DNA of 64,000 nucleotides from contig CAVPNI010000003.1 of the NCBI GenBank assembly GCA_963706715.1, positions 512,001 to 576,000 of the forward strand, in the 5' to 3' direction. Origin of the DNA: an uncultured Verrucomicrobiae bacterium. GTDB lineage: Bacteria > Verrucomicrobiota > Verrucomicrobiia > Chthoniobacterales > Xiphinematobacteraceae. The notes beneath the pieces were generated by a model. That model ran no database searches. It was not told where the DNA came from and saw nothing but the letters and a program-made list of their open reading frames with translations. Of the stretch, positions 19,622-29,400 are shown in pieces (the first letter of the stretch is position 1; every line of letters starts with the position of its first letter). A program made the translations under genes and the position numbers.

Positions 19622-20574
19622 ATCCTCGGAATGTTCTGATGATTTCGAAGAAGCCCTTGGCTCTGCTTCAGGAAGCAGAGATCTTCATTCCAGTCCTTGA
19701 GATTGGGACACTGGCGACAAAATCTTCCATAAGATCCGATCAGTCGTTTTGCAGCTAACTCTCCTGCACGGTCATTATCAAATGCCAGGGTTACCTTTTT
19801 TTCGTGCGCTTTAGCATAACGAAGTAATTCGTCTGGCATATGGGTACCAGAGACACTTACAGCGGCAATGGAAGGATGCCTGGATTTTCTCAGACACCAG
19901 TAACTCAGAGCATCAATAGGAGCTTCAGTAATGACTATCGACTCGGCTTGAGACAAATCCCCCACCGTGAACCAAGCACTTTTTTTATCTCCCAGAGAGG
20001 GACGAAATGATGATTGATGTTTGGTATCCCGAAGGGTAGCCCCTTTTACATTTCCATCCGAATCAGTATGGAGAAATACCACCGAAGGATTGGGACAATG
20101 ATCGTTGGAATAGATTTTTCCCTCGGTATAGAGCTGGTCTACCAATTGAAAATCAATGCAGCGCCGTTCAATCAGATACTGCCGAGCTATCTTCCATTGG
20201 GAATCATCTCGTCTTCCAAGTCGATCCACCAAAGATTCAAAACTCTCTCGCTTCTCTTCTGGAATTGGCTTTTGAGAAGCAGGGATCAGTACTTCCGGAT
20301 GGGAATAACCAGGTGTCATAAACCTCGTTGCCAGACCTCTGACAGCCTCAGCAAAGGAAGCCCCTGTGAGATGCTTGACCAGATCGATGGCTCCGCCACC
20401 CCCGATTCCGGAGGCGTTATCAAACCAGCGCTCACCTCTCAGTACGATGTTATGCTGATCGGTTTTTGCTCTCCATGAGAGTCCTTCCTTTTGCAGAGAA
20501 ATACCGTAGACCTGCATCACCTCAGTGAGGGGAATATCGCGTACCTTATTTGCTAAGTCGCAAAGAGTACTCAT
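19612..20574 (-). CDS. DUF3991/toprim primase-like protein
   Basis: GGGAIDLV, ITEAPIDALS, AFDND.AG, KDWNEDL. Confidence 0.85.
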   Translation of the reverse strand: MSTLCDLANKVRDIPLTEVMQVYGISLQKEGLSWRAKTDQHNIVLRGERWFDNASGIGGGGAIDLVKHLTGASFAEAVRGLATRFMTPGYSHPEVLIPASQKPIPEEKRESFESLVDRLGRRDDSQWKIARQYLIERRCIDFQLVDQLYTEGKIYSNDHCPNPSVVFLHTDSDGNVKGATLRDTKHQSSFRPSLGDKKSAWFTVGDLSQAESIVITEAPIDALSYWCLRKSRHPSIAAVSVSGTHMPDELLRYAKAHEKKVTLAFDNDRAGELAAKRLIGSYGRFCRQCPNLKDWNEDLCFLKQSQGLLRNHQNIPRMCL

Positions 20575-20921
20575 TGTCTGACCCTCCTGGATTTCTGTGA
20601 GCTGCGGAGTCGCTTGCACAAATGCGTTGAGCGAATGATATCCGCTCGCTGAAGCATTTCTTTGGCTTGATGTTCCAGCCAGTAGGCTGAATGTGCAATC
20701 TCCTCTGGAGTTGCATGCCGTGCCGCCTTGTAACCTTGCTGACCTGTGATAATGCGCCCTTCACTCGCATTTGCCATCGCACGCAAAGTGCGCTCATTTA
20801 GCCAAGGGGCCAATTTTTTAGCCGTGATCCAGCCGTGCAGAGATTCTAATATCTCCACCAAATCGTCCACCGATTTGGGACATCGAGTCCCGTATATTTC
20901 ACAATTTTTCAGATTCTTCAT
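20571..20921 (-). CDS. Hypothetical protein, possible winged-helix
   Basis: Coupled between rep and primase; WITAKKLA...ERTLR...IIT...GY. Confidence 0.5.
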   Translation of the reverse strand: MKNLKNCEIYGTRCPKSVDDLVEILESLHGWITAKKLAPWLNERTLRAMANASEGRIITGQQGYKAARHATPEEIAHSAYWLEHQAKEMLQRADIIRSTHLCKRLRSSQKSRRVRQ

Positions 20922-21930
20922 GGCTGCTCCTCCCAAGCTTTCATGGCAGCGGCTATCTCAGCCCGAATACGTCGTCGTTCCTCCGGAGGTGTTGGCTGCC
21001 AGAACAAACCATGTTCCCGCAGCCACTTTTCGGCACGGTGAACCGTTGAAGATGCTTCCCAAATCTCTCCGCAATCTGTGGCATGCCCGTGGCACTGATG
21101 GAGCGCGCGCTCGAATGCATCCCGAATGCTTTCTTCCTTGTAGCCATCTCGAAGAGCCCGACTGACATAGCCGAAGAGGATCCGCAAATCGGGTCGAACC
21201 TTGCAGTTATCCCAAAATTCATTGAGTAGCTTGCGTGAAACTTGCCAGGCCTTCCTGACAAGAGCGGCAGAATGCCGCGCAGGTTCTGGCAATCCGTTAG
21301 CTTGCCGCGGTACCGAACTATAAGCGCCCTTCGGGTGCTTGTATTTGTTTATTCTCTTCTCTTTATTCTCTTGGGATCTTGGTGACATAGGTGTCACCAG
21401 GCTAGTGACCTCCGTGTCACTAGGGGGTAGTTGCCCGACCCTAGTGTCAGAAATGTCACTAGGGGTAGTCGGAGATAGTTTAACTACCCTGGTGACATTT
21501 TTGTCACTAGCGGGTGTTGATGGTTGAGAATCATCAAAAACATCTTCAGATGAATTCGAAATTTCTTCCAGAGGAGACTCTTCCAGAACCACCATTTTGA
21601 AATTTTTGTCCTCAGGGTGCTGCATCCATTCGTGCCAGAGAAATTCGTAAACGTTGGCTCTGTGTCCTCGCGTGGAATCATTGACATGCGTGACTTTGAT
21701 CAGCCTATGCTCCGAGAGTTCGCAGAGAATTCGAATGACATGTCGTCGAGTGACATGAAGCTTTTCAGCCAACGTGGCATATGACGGCCATGCCTTCCCC
21801 TTCCCGCCAGCAAAATACGTCAGATACGCGTAAAGCTTTTTCGCTCGTTCCGAAATTTCAGGCTGTTCATCCAGCCACTGCGGAATCCACGTCCCATGGA
21901 ACTGGCGATGGGGGTTAAAAGTATCGCCAG
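20918..21930 (-). CDS. HTH replication initiator-like protein; start codon not identifiable
   Basis: Frame reads DTFNPHRQFHGTWIPQWL...AKKLYAYL...AWPSYATLAEKL upstream of the called TTG at 21772; ANVYEF wing; internal iterons. Confidence 0.7.
21379..21510. repeat. Four 22-bp palindromic iterons inside rep
   Basis: Approximate consensus CTRGTGAC-N6-GTCACYAG at 21379, 21402, 21441, 21489. Confidence 0.8.
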
Positions 21931-21994
21931 GAGCAAGCTGACACTCTACATTTTTGCTACCCGAATTTGCTACCCTATTGTTGTTTTTTGGAGT

Positions 21995-22040
21995 CTTGCC
22001 AAGGTTGATGCCGAGGGTTCGAGTCCCTTCACCCGCTCCA
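21995..22040 (+). other. attR: 3' half of tRNA-Gly(GCC)
   Basis: CTTGCCAAGGTTGATGCCGAGGGTTCGAGTCCCTTCACCCGCTCCA (anticodon loop, T arm, CCA); 5' half missing; TTTGCTACCC direct repeats at 21953 and 21966. Confidence 0.88.
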
Positions 22041-22154
22041 GCCTGTATTCATCAGGATTTTATGGAAAAAGGTATCTCAAACAGTCCAAAATGGGAAGGA
22101 AATTGGGAAGTTGTCCCTCGATCTCAGAGATGTTTATGACGTCCTTTTTACAAG

Positions 22155-23358
22155 CTGATGTTACGCAGCCAGGAATCAGATAAGCATGGGAGAGATGAAA
22201 AAAGCGGCACTTGATTTATACACAGATTACTTGCTGAGCACCTTTGGTGCGGCAACAGCGAGGGGACTATCGGCGATGCTGGAAGGCGAAGTAAGCCACG
22301 ACAGGATTACCCGGTTTTTGTCGGAGCAGGACTACACATCCAAGGAACTGTGGCAGCAAGTCAAAGCGACGGTGAGAAAGGTTGAGGGAGAAGACGGGGT
22401 GTTGATACTTGATGATACGATTCAAGAAAAAGCCTGGACGGATGAAAGCGAGTTAATGTGTTGGCACTATGATCATTGTAGCGGACGCAACATCAAAGGG
22501 ATCAACCTGCTGAATGCGCTCTATCACAGTAACGGGACATCGATTCCAGTGGCATTTGAACTGGTGAAAAAGCCGATACAATACTGCGAGCTGAAGACCC
22601 GGCAGGTGAAACGTAAAAGTGAGGTAACTGACGTTACGCACTTTTAGGAGCCGTGGGAGCAAAAAAACCCATTTTGACCAACAAGGTTTCCCTTTTTTGC
22701 GTAACATCAGTGAGATAACAAAAAACGAAATGATGCGATGCGCCAAATGATCGATACCTGTATTAGCAATGACTTAAAATTTCGCTTCGTGCTGATGGAC
22801 AGTTGGTTTTCTTCAGAGGAGAACTTTGACTTTATCACGCGCAAAGGCAAACATTTCATTGCCGCACTCAAGGACAACCGGCTGGTGGCACTGAGCTAAG
22901 AAGACAGGAAAAAGAAGCGTTACCTACGAGTAGATGAGCTGGATTTTCCAGAGCAAACCGCATTGCAAGGTTGGCTAAAAGGCTATGCGAAAGCAGTCCT
23001 TTTGGTTCGCCAAGTCTTTAAAAACAAAGACGGGAGCACGGGGATATTGCATCTGGTTTGTAGTGATTTAACTTGCGACTATAACGCCATCACCACGACC
23101 TACAAAAAACGGTGGAAAGTGGAGATATTTCACAAATCTTTGAAATCCAACGCAAATTTGGCCAAATCCCCCACCCGAACGCTAAGAACCCAGAGCAACC
23201 ACATTTTTATGTCGATTTGCCCTGCCTTCAAGCTCGAAGCCTTGAGCATCAAAAATAATCTCAATCCCTTCTCCCTCTGTCGCAAACTGCTCATCAACCC
23301 CTCTCGTGTCGCCTATGCAGAACTTCAGCTTTTTCGGGTGGCCGCTGCGTAACATCAG
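22155..23358 (+). mobile_element. IS701-like insertion sequence with disrupted transposase
   Basis: TIRs CTGATGTTACGCAGC/GCTGCGTAACATCAG, flanking TTACAAG duplication; transposase pieces 22186-22647 and about 22745-23352. Confidence 0.85.
22628..22710. mobile_element. 83-bp MITE with TIRs matching the host IS
   Basis: CTGACGTTACGCA...TGCGTAACATCAG flanked by TGAGGTAA/TGAGATAA. Confidence 0.8.
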
Positions 23359-23510
23359 TTACAAGGTTAAAAGGTCTCCATGTAGACCCGAAGGGATTCT
23401 CCTGAGTTCCCAATCGAGAAAGCCGAAGGGATCGATTTGAATCCTCTACCTCTTCCGAACCCTCAGTTGCTCAAGCGTTGCCCAATTTCCGATCAAAGAC
23501 TCATCACCGC

Positions 23511-23879
23511 CTACTTCTTCTTCGGACGACCTGGCCCTGGTTTACGCTTAAAATTAATGATGTCTTCTCGATATAGCAAGGCCCGTATAAAATGATCATG
23601 GATTTGACTGAAATTTTGGCTCCAAGCAAGACGCAAAAAAGAGGCCATATCTGTAGATACGGACTATTTTTTGCAACAAAGCTTGGAGGCAAAAGGGCGG
23701 CAAAGGCGTAATCATTTTATACGGGCTTTGCTATAAACGAGCCGAGTGTCACCTGTCTTGATGCTTCGAATCCGCTCGTGGGTTACATGCCTGGTAATTG
23801 TCGCCTGCTCGATACCCCGAATACGTGCAGCTTCCGCTACAGTAATCCACTTTTCTGGAATGGCATCTCTTTCTTTCAA
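23511..23879 (-). pseudogene. Single-repeat excisionase-like HTH gene interrupted by a MITE
   Basis: KWITVAEAARIRG...RIRSIKTGDTRLVY|REDIINFKRKPGPGRPKKK*, similar to repeat 3 of 289-933. Confidence 0.75.
23574..23733. mobile_element. 160-bp MITE with TA duplication (IS630-like)
   Basis: 23-bp TIR TAGCAA(G/A)GCCCGTATAAAATGAT. Confidence 0.85.
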
Positions 23880-23975
23880 AACTCAAATGCGGTCTCGGGG
23901 GAATTGTCCCTCCATCTCAGGGACTATTGCGTTCGTTTGTACGCATCCAGAAAATCACTGCATCGCGTCACCTAT

Positions 23976-25371
23976 CACTACAGTTGCGTTTTTTTAGAAT
24001 GGAAGAATTGAGCTAAAGCTTGATGAGCTCTACGCCAAAAGGACCAAGTAGAAAGAAGGGCAGGTTGAAAACATCGCTGAGTTAAGCGTGTTGCAATACG
24101 CCGAATTTCCTGGATAGACCAACGAACCAGGCTTCTCTGTGGAGGGAAGTAGTTTTCGGCATCGTTTTTTTTGGTGGGATCGTATTTGCCCGGTAACGGA
24201 TGGCAGCTACCATGGCAAAGGTAAGCATCACAAGAGATACATGACGATGCCAACCATGCCAGGAACGGGTTTCATTGTGATCAAGTCCCAATTCATTTTT
24301 TGTCGTTTCAAAGCTATCCTCTATGGCCCAACGATGGCCTTCGACATTTACCAATATTTGGAGATCAGTTTCAGCCGGGCACCATGTGGAGAAATAGGCA
24401 AGTTCTCCATCGGCAAGATTGCGACGAATAAGGAGGCCTCTGGTCCAAAGGCCAGTATAATTTTTATTGTATTCGGCAATATCCAAATCCTTCAATTTGT
24501 AATAAGCCCAATCATAAAGCCTATTCCCCTTGGTACCTTTCCCAGCAGACAAGCGCTTCCAGCATGAAGGATTCAAATTGCTGGCTATTTTTTCGGCTGT
24601 TTTTGAAAATAAACCTTTCCCATCCAAAATTATGTATTTCCGATTTGATGGGATTCCCAATACATAGCCTTTCGCTGCTTTCTTCAAGGCACTCTCCATT
24701 ACGCTCACCCCATAAACACTATCGGCTCTCACCCAAGAAAAAGGTACTTGGGCTTCAATAACTTCTTGGATCATTTCCTTTGCAATGGTTGGCTTGGTTG
24801 CAAAGTCTGTTTTTGCAGGTACATGGGTTGCTCTCATGCGTACTGGGTCTTCTGTCCAATCCTTGGGCAGGTAAAGCCTTCTATCAATAAATGCATGTCC
24901 CTTGCTTGATATATAGGCTGCAAAGACTCCCACCTGGCAATTAGTAATTTTCCCTGCTGAGCCTGTATATTGACGGCCCACTCCACAGGATGCTTTTCCT
25001 TGTTTGAGAAATCCGGTTTCATCTATCACGATTACTCCTTGTTCTTCTCCGAAATTCTCTACCACATACTCCCTTACCACATCTCGGAGTTCATCCGCAT
25101 TCCATGGTCTGCGGTCCAATAGGGCTTGTTGTTTCCATGGTCCTCTATCTCCAGCAGCTTCCGCTCGGTTCCACCCGGTTTTTCTTGCTTCATTGCCTAA
25201 TAATCCCTCTAAAAATCGCCCTGCATTTTCGGCTACTCGTTCCTGATTGAATAATGGTCTGATCCGTCCTTGGATTTCTTCTATGCCGCTCTTCCAAAGA
25301 GCTAGCGTTTCCTCTATTGTTGCTGACATTTTTATTCATTCCATTGTTTCTAAAAAAACGCAACTGTAGTG
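23976..25371 (-). mobile_element. IS701 family element (transposase 24082-25329)
   Basis: 24-bp TIR CACTACAGTTGCGTTTTTTTAGAA; IDETGFLKQG, QYTGSAGKITNCQ, RWAIEDSFE. Confidence 0.92.
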
Positions 25372-25439
25372 CTAGCCCGAAAATTTCATGGTATGGGCAA
25401 AAAAGCAGCGAAGTCTCCCGCATAAAGCGTTATAGTTAA

Positions 25440-25680
25440 AGCTGATTCAGCCAAAACCGAAAGAGATTTTGCTCCCTGTAAAGGGTAATGGAGAAGAACT
25501 GAAAATTCCAGAATTTAATGGCAGAAAAATCGAAGGGAATTTTCGAGGTAAGAGAAGTATCCAGTGATGGAGGCCTGATGCTCATCAAGCAGGTGGGGAT
25601 CGGAAACTAGGATTGACTAAAAAACTCACCGAACCGCTTAAAAAGCCCCGCAATCCGGATATGATCACCCATCGGCACCA
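25440..25680 (+). pseudogene. IS1380-like transposase N-terminal remnant
   Basis: Frameshifted pieces RKIEGNF, VSSDGGLMLIKQV, PRNPDMITH. Confidence 0.55.
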
Positions 25681-25714
25681 TTTCAGGTCTTGGCATTTTT
25701 TGTAGTGGTTTATA

Positions 25715-26152
25715 TCACTGCTCTTTCGCTCTCCACTTTTTTGGGGGAAGTCCAATGCCGTATTTGCTTGTTAAAGTGGAGATCAGAGACGAGGCATTGA
25801 AAGGACCGGAGGTCTTGGAGCCACAGATGATCATAGTGGATTCGGGGTACCGGACTTGCACGCCGATTTGACCGTACACCCTTCCTTGATCGCTGTTCGG
25901 CGTCGCAATTTTAAACCAAGGGTAGCCCTCTTTAGAGCAAAGATACGCTGCTCGTAATAAGGCAAGATCACGCGCTTGGGTTGTCGTCATATGGTGTCCC
26001 CGGTAGGTCACGTACCAGGCACCTGCCGAAAGCTTGGTATCGGCATAACCCAGCCCCCATACTGTCACCTGCCGGTGGTAGTGGTAAGGCGCCTCTCGGA
26101 ATGCGCAACTCACGAACCCGAGAGAAAGTAAGATAGGAAGAAATTTTAGCAT
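25715..26152 (-). CDS. Putative lipoprotein
   Basis: Signal peptide with FVSC lipobox; GYAD...ALLRAAYL...GY.WF. Confidence 0.65.
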   Translation of the reverse strand: MLKFLPILLSLGFVSCAFREAPYHYHRQVTVWGLGYADTKLSAGAWYVTYRGHHMTTTQARDLALLRAAYLCSKEGYPWFKIATPNSDQGRVYGQIGVQVRYPESTMIICGSKTSGPFNASSLISTLTSKYGIGLPPKKWRAKEQ

Positions 26153-26406
26153 TTTCCTTAGTTTGCAGTCGCTAAGCAATCTACAAAATACTTTCAACAG
26201 TAGACGGTTGTAGCTAGAAGTCACTTCCAAAACGCACGCACTTTGGCAAAGCCGTTGAAATACGCGTTGTACAAGTTCCTAGCTTACAAAAGGTGTTGCA
26301 GGGTGTGATCGAAAAGCACTATTTGTTATAACTTATATTTTGATATTTGCCTAAATGCAAATTTATAGCGTTCAAAGGTGTGTTCCACACGTATTATGCA
26401 GACATC

Positions 26407-29400
26407 ATGCAGCAGTCTGAAGTCATTCGTATCCGGGGCGCCCGTCAAAACAATCTTCAGTCAATTGACTTGGATCTGCCTATCGGCAAATTCATTGTGG
26501 TTACCGGTCCAAGTGGCAGCGGCAAATCCAGTCTGGCGTTTGACACGATTTATGCTGAGGGCCAGCGCCGATATATAGAGACATTCAGTCCGTATACTCG
26601 GCAATTTTTGGATCGCATGGACAAGCCTTTGGCGGATGTCATTGATGGGATTCCACCTGCGATTGCGATTGAGCAGAGCAACTCCATCAAAAGTACACGT
26701 TCCACTGTAGGAACGATCACGGAAATTCTGGATTATCTCAAAATTTTGATGCCACGTATGTCGCGGGCTAGCTGTCCTCGGTGTTCTCGGGTTGTGAAGC
26801 CAGAGTCTGCGGTCCAGATTGCTCGCCGCGCGATAGAAATGTTTCCTTCTTCCCGCTCTCTTTTTGTGGCATTTCCAGTTGCATTGGGCTCCGCTCGGAA
26901 TTCCTCCGAATTCTTTGAATTTCTTCGTTCGCAGGGATATCTGCGTGTTTGGTGGAAAGGGGAAATTCACCGGACGGATGAGCCTCCACCTTCTTCCGAC
27001 GGTCCAGAATCAATTTTGGTAATTCAGGATCGGCTCGCTCCAGAATCTGATCTCCACGCACGGCTTACGGAAGCCATTGAAGTTTCTCTACGCCACGGCA
27101 AAGACCGTTGTGTGCTGATTGAGGCCGATACCAACATCCTCCATCCTTTTTCCTCTGGCTGGCATTGCGCTTACTGCGATCTCAATATTCGCCAACCTTC
27201 GCCTGGTCTTTTCAGCTTTAGCAATCCATTAGGGGCTTGTCCTGCTTGCAAAGGATTTGGGCGTGTCATCGACATCAACTATGACCGAGTTTTGCCAGAC
27301 AAATCTTTAAGTATCGCAGCCGGAGCTGTAAAACCCTTTCAAGCCGGGCAGGCGCAAGAATATCAGAAAGAATTGCTGTGTGCCTGTGCCCAACAAGAAA
27401 TTGACGTCCATGCTCCTTTCGGAGACCTGCCCCTTGCCGATCGGCAATATGTCCTCTTCGGTGATGAAGTCGCCAAAGGCAGGGGTAGCGAGGCCTGGCC
27501 TGGCGTGAAGGGTTTTTTTGACCGACTCAGTTCCAAGGCATACAAAATGCATGTTCGTGTTTTTCTGAGCCGGTATCGTAGTTATCTGCCCTGTCCGGAT
27601 TGTGGTGGGGGCCGTTATCAAAAGGATACGTTAAATTTCCGGCTGCCGATAGGAGAGGAGCTCGGCTTAACGCTTCCTGAAATAACAGCTCTTCCCATCC
27701 GGAGGCTCACACCTTTAATGAAGTCTCTGACTCCTTCATTAACTGATGCGAGTAGTCTCATGTTACGCGATCAGATCGCCACACGTCTCCAATATCTGGA
27801 AGAAGTGGGACTCGATTATCTGACTCTGGATCGCCCCAGCCGTACGCTTTCAGGTGGCGAAATCGAGCGCGTCAATCTCACAACCTGCCTCGGGGCTTCT
27901 CTCGTAAATACTCTGTTTATTCTTGATGAACCCAGCGTTGGACTCCATCCGCGTGATGTCCATCGACTTACCGGTATTCTGCAAACACTTCGGGACAAAG
28001 GGAACACTCTCTTAGTGGTCGAGCATGAGGAAGCTATTATTCGTTCGGCCGACGTGCTTGTGGACATTGGTCCGGGCCGCGGCAAGGATGGAGGGCACCT
28101 GGTTTACGCAGGCCCCGCTAATCAGATTTCATCGGTACGGAATTCACTCACTGCCGATTATCTTACGCATCGCAAATCCATTGAAGTTCCGAAGAAACGA
28201 CGTACTCCCCAAGCCTTTATTGAGTTATACGGTATTCGGCACCGTAATTTTCAGGATGTGGATATTCGAATTCCTTTGGGCGTTTTTTGTTGCATTACCG
28301 GAGTCTCGGGATCGGGAAAAAGTTCGCTCGTCAATGATGTCCTTTACCGCAATCTTTTGTCGGACTCTCCCGAACACGCTGAGGTTGCCGGCACCTGCAG
28401 AGCCATCCTCGGAGAGGAAAACATCGAAGAGGTTCTTTTGGTTGATCAGGCGCCTTTGGCACGATCACCACGTTCCACACCGGCACTCTATTTGGGAATT
28501 TTTGATTTTATCCGAGAGCTTTTCGGTACCACATCCGAGGCAATCACCCAAGGTTTTTCACCGGGATGGTTTTCCTTTAATTCCGGACAGGGTCGTTGCG
28601 AACGCTGTGCGGGGTTAGGATTTGAAAAGGTGGAAATGCAGTTTCTCAGCGACCTTTTTTTGCGTTGTCCCGAATGCGAAGGTAAACGTTATCAACCGGC
28701 TATTCTCAGAATTCTTTACCGGGGAAAAAATATCCACGAGGTCTTGGCAATGACTGTTCGACAAGCACTGGAATTTTTTGCCGAAGAAACTTCTCGCATT
28801 ACCGATCCCCTCCGGCTGATGAGCGACGTCGGTCTCGAATATCTCCAACTGGGCCAACCGGTCAACCTGCTCAGTGGAGGAGAATCTCAGCGTCTCAAGC
28901 TTGTAAAACACCTCACTGAAAGCCGAGCGCGCCCAGCAGACAGTGCCGGCACCAATCTCCTGATCCTGGATGAACCCACAACTGGTCTGCATTTCGATGA
29001 TATTGCGCAATTGATTCGAGTTTTTCAACGTCTTGTCGATGAAGGGAACAATCTGATTGTCATAGAGCACAATTTGGAGGTCATTAAAAGTGCTGATTGG
29101 GTGGTTGATCTCGGACCTGAAGCGGGAGAAGGCGGAGGTGAACTGGTCGCGGAGGGGCCACCTGAGGCGATAGCCCGTGCTTCCAAATCTCATACTGGCC
29201 GTTACCTTCGTCCGTTTCTTAGCAAGGATTCCGCGGGTTCAACTGGTCCTTTACTTTCTATTCCTCTCCCCGTACCCCAACGAGCACCTGTGATCTCCGT
29301 CCGTGGCGCTCGAGAGCATAATCTTAAAAATATCAACGTGGATATTCCGCGGGATAAGGTTGTGGTAATCACGGGACTCAGCGGCTCGGGTAAATCGACC

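Larger units (their letters stand above)
1..22040. mobile_element. Integrative conjugative/mobilisable element (right part; left end outside window), integrated at tRNA-Gly
   Basis: Contains relaxase, coupling protein, topoisomerase III, primase, rep, parA; ends at a duplicated tRNA-Gly 3' end (21995-22040). Integrase and mating-pair genes are not in the window. Confidence 0.8.

Noticed and set aside
21995..22040. Functional tRNA-Gly gene
   Set aside because: D arm and 5' acceptor strand absent; it is an att duplication
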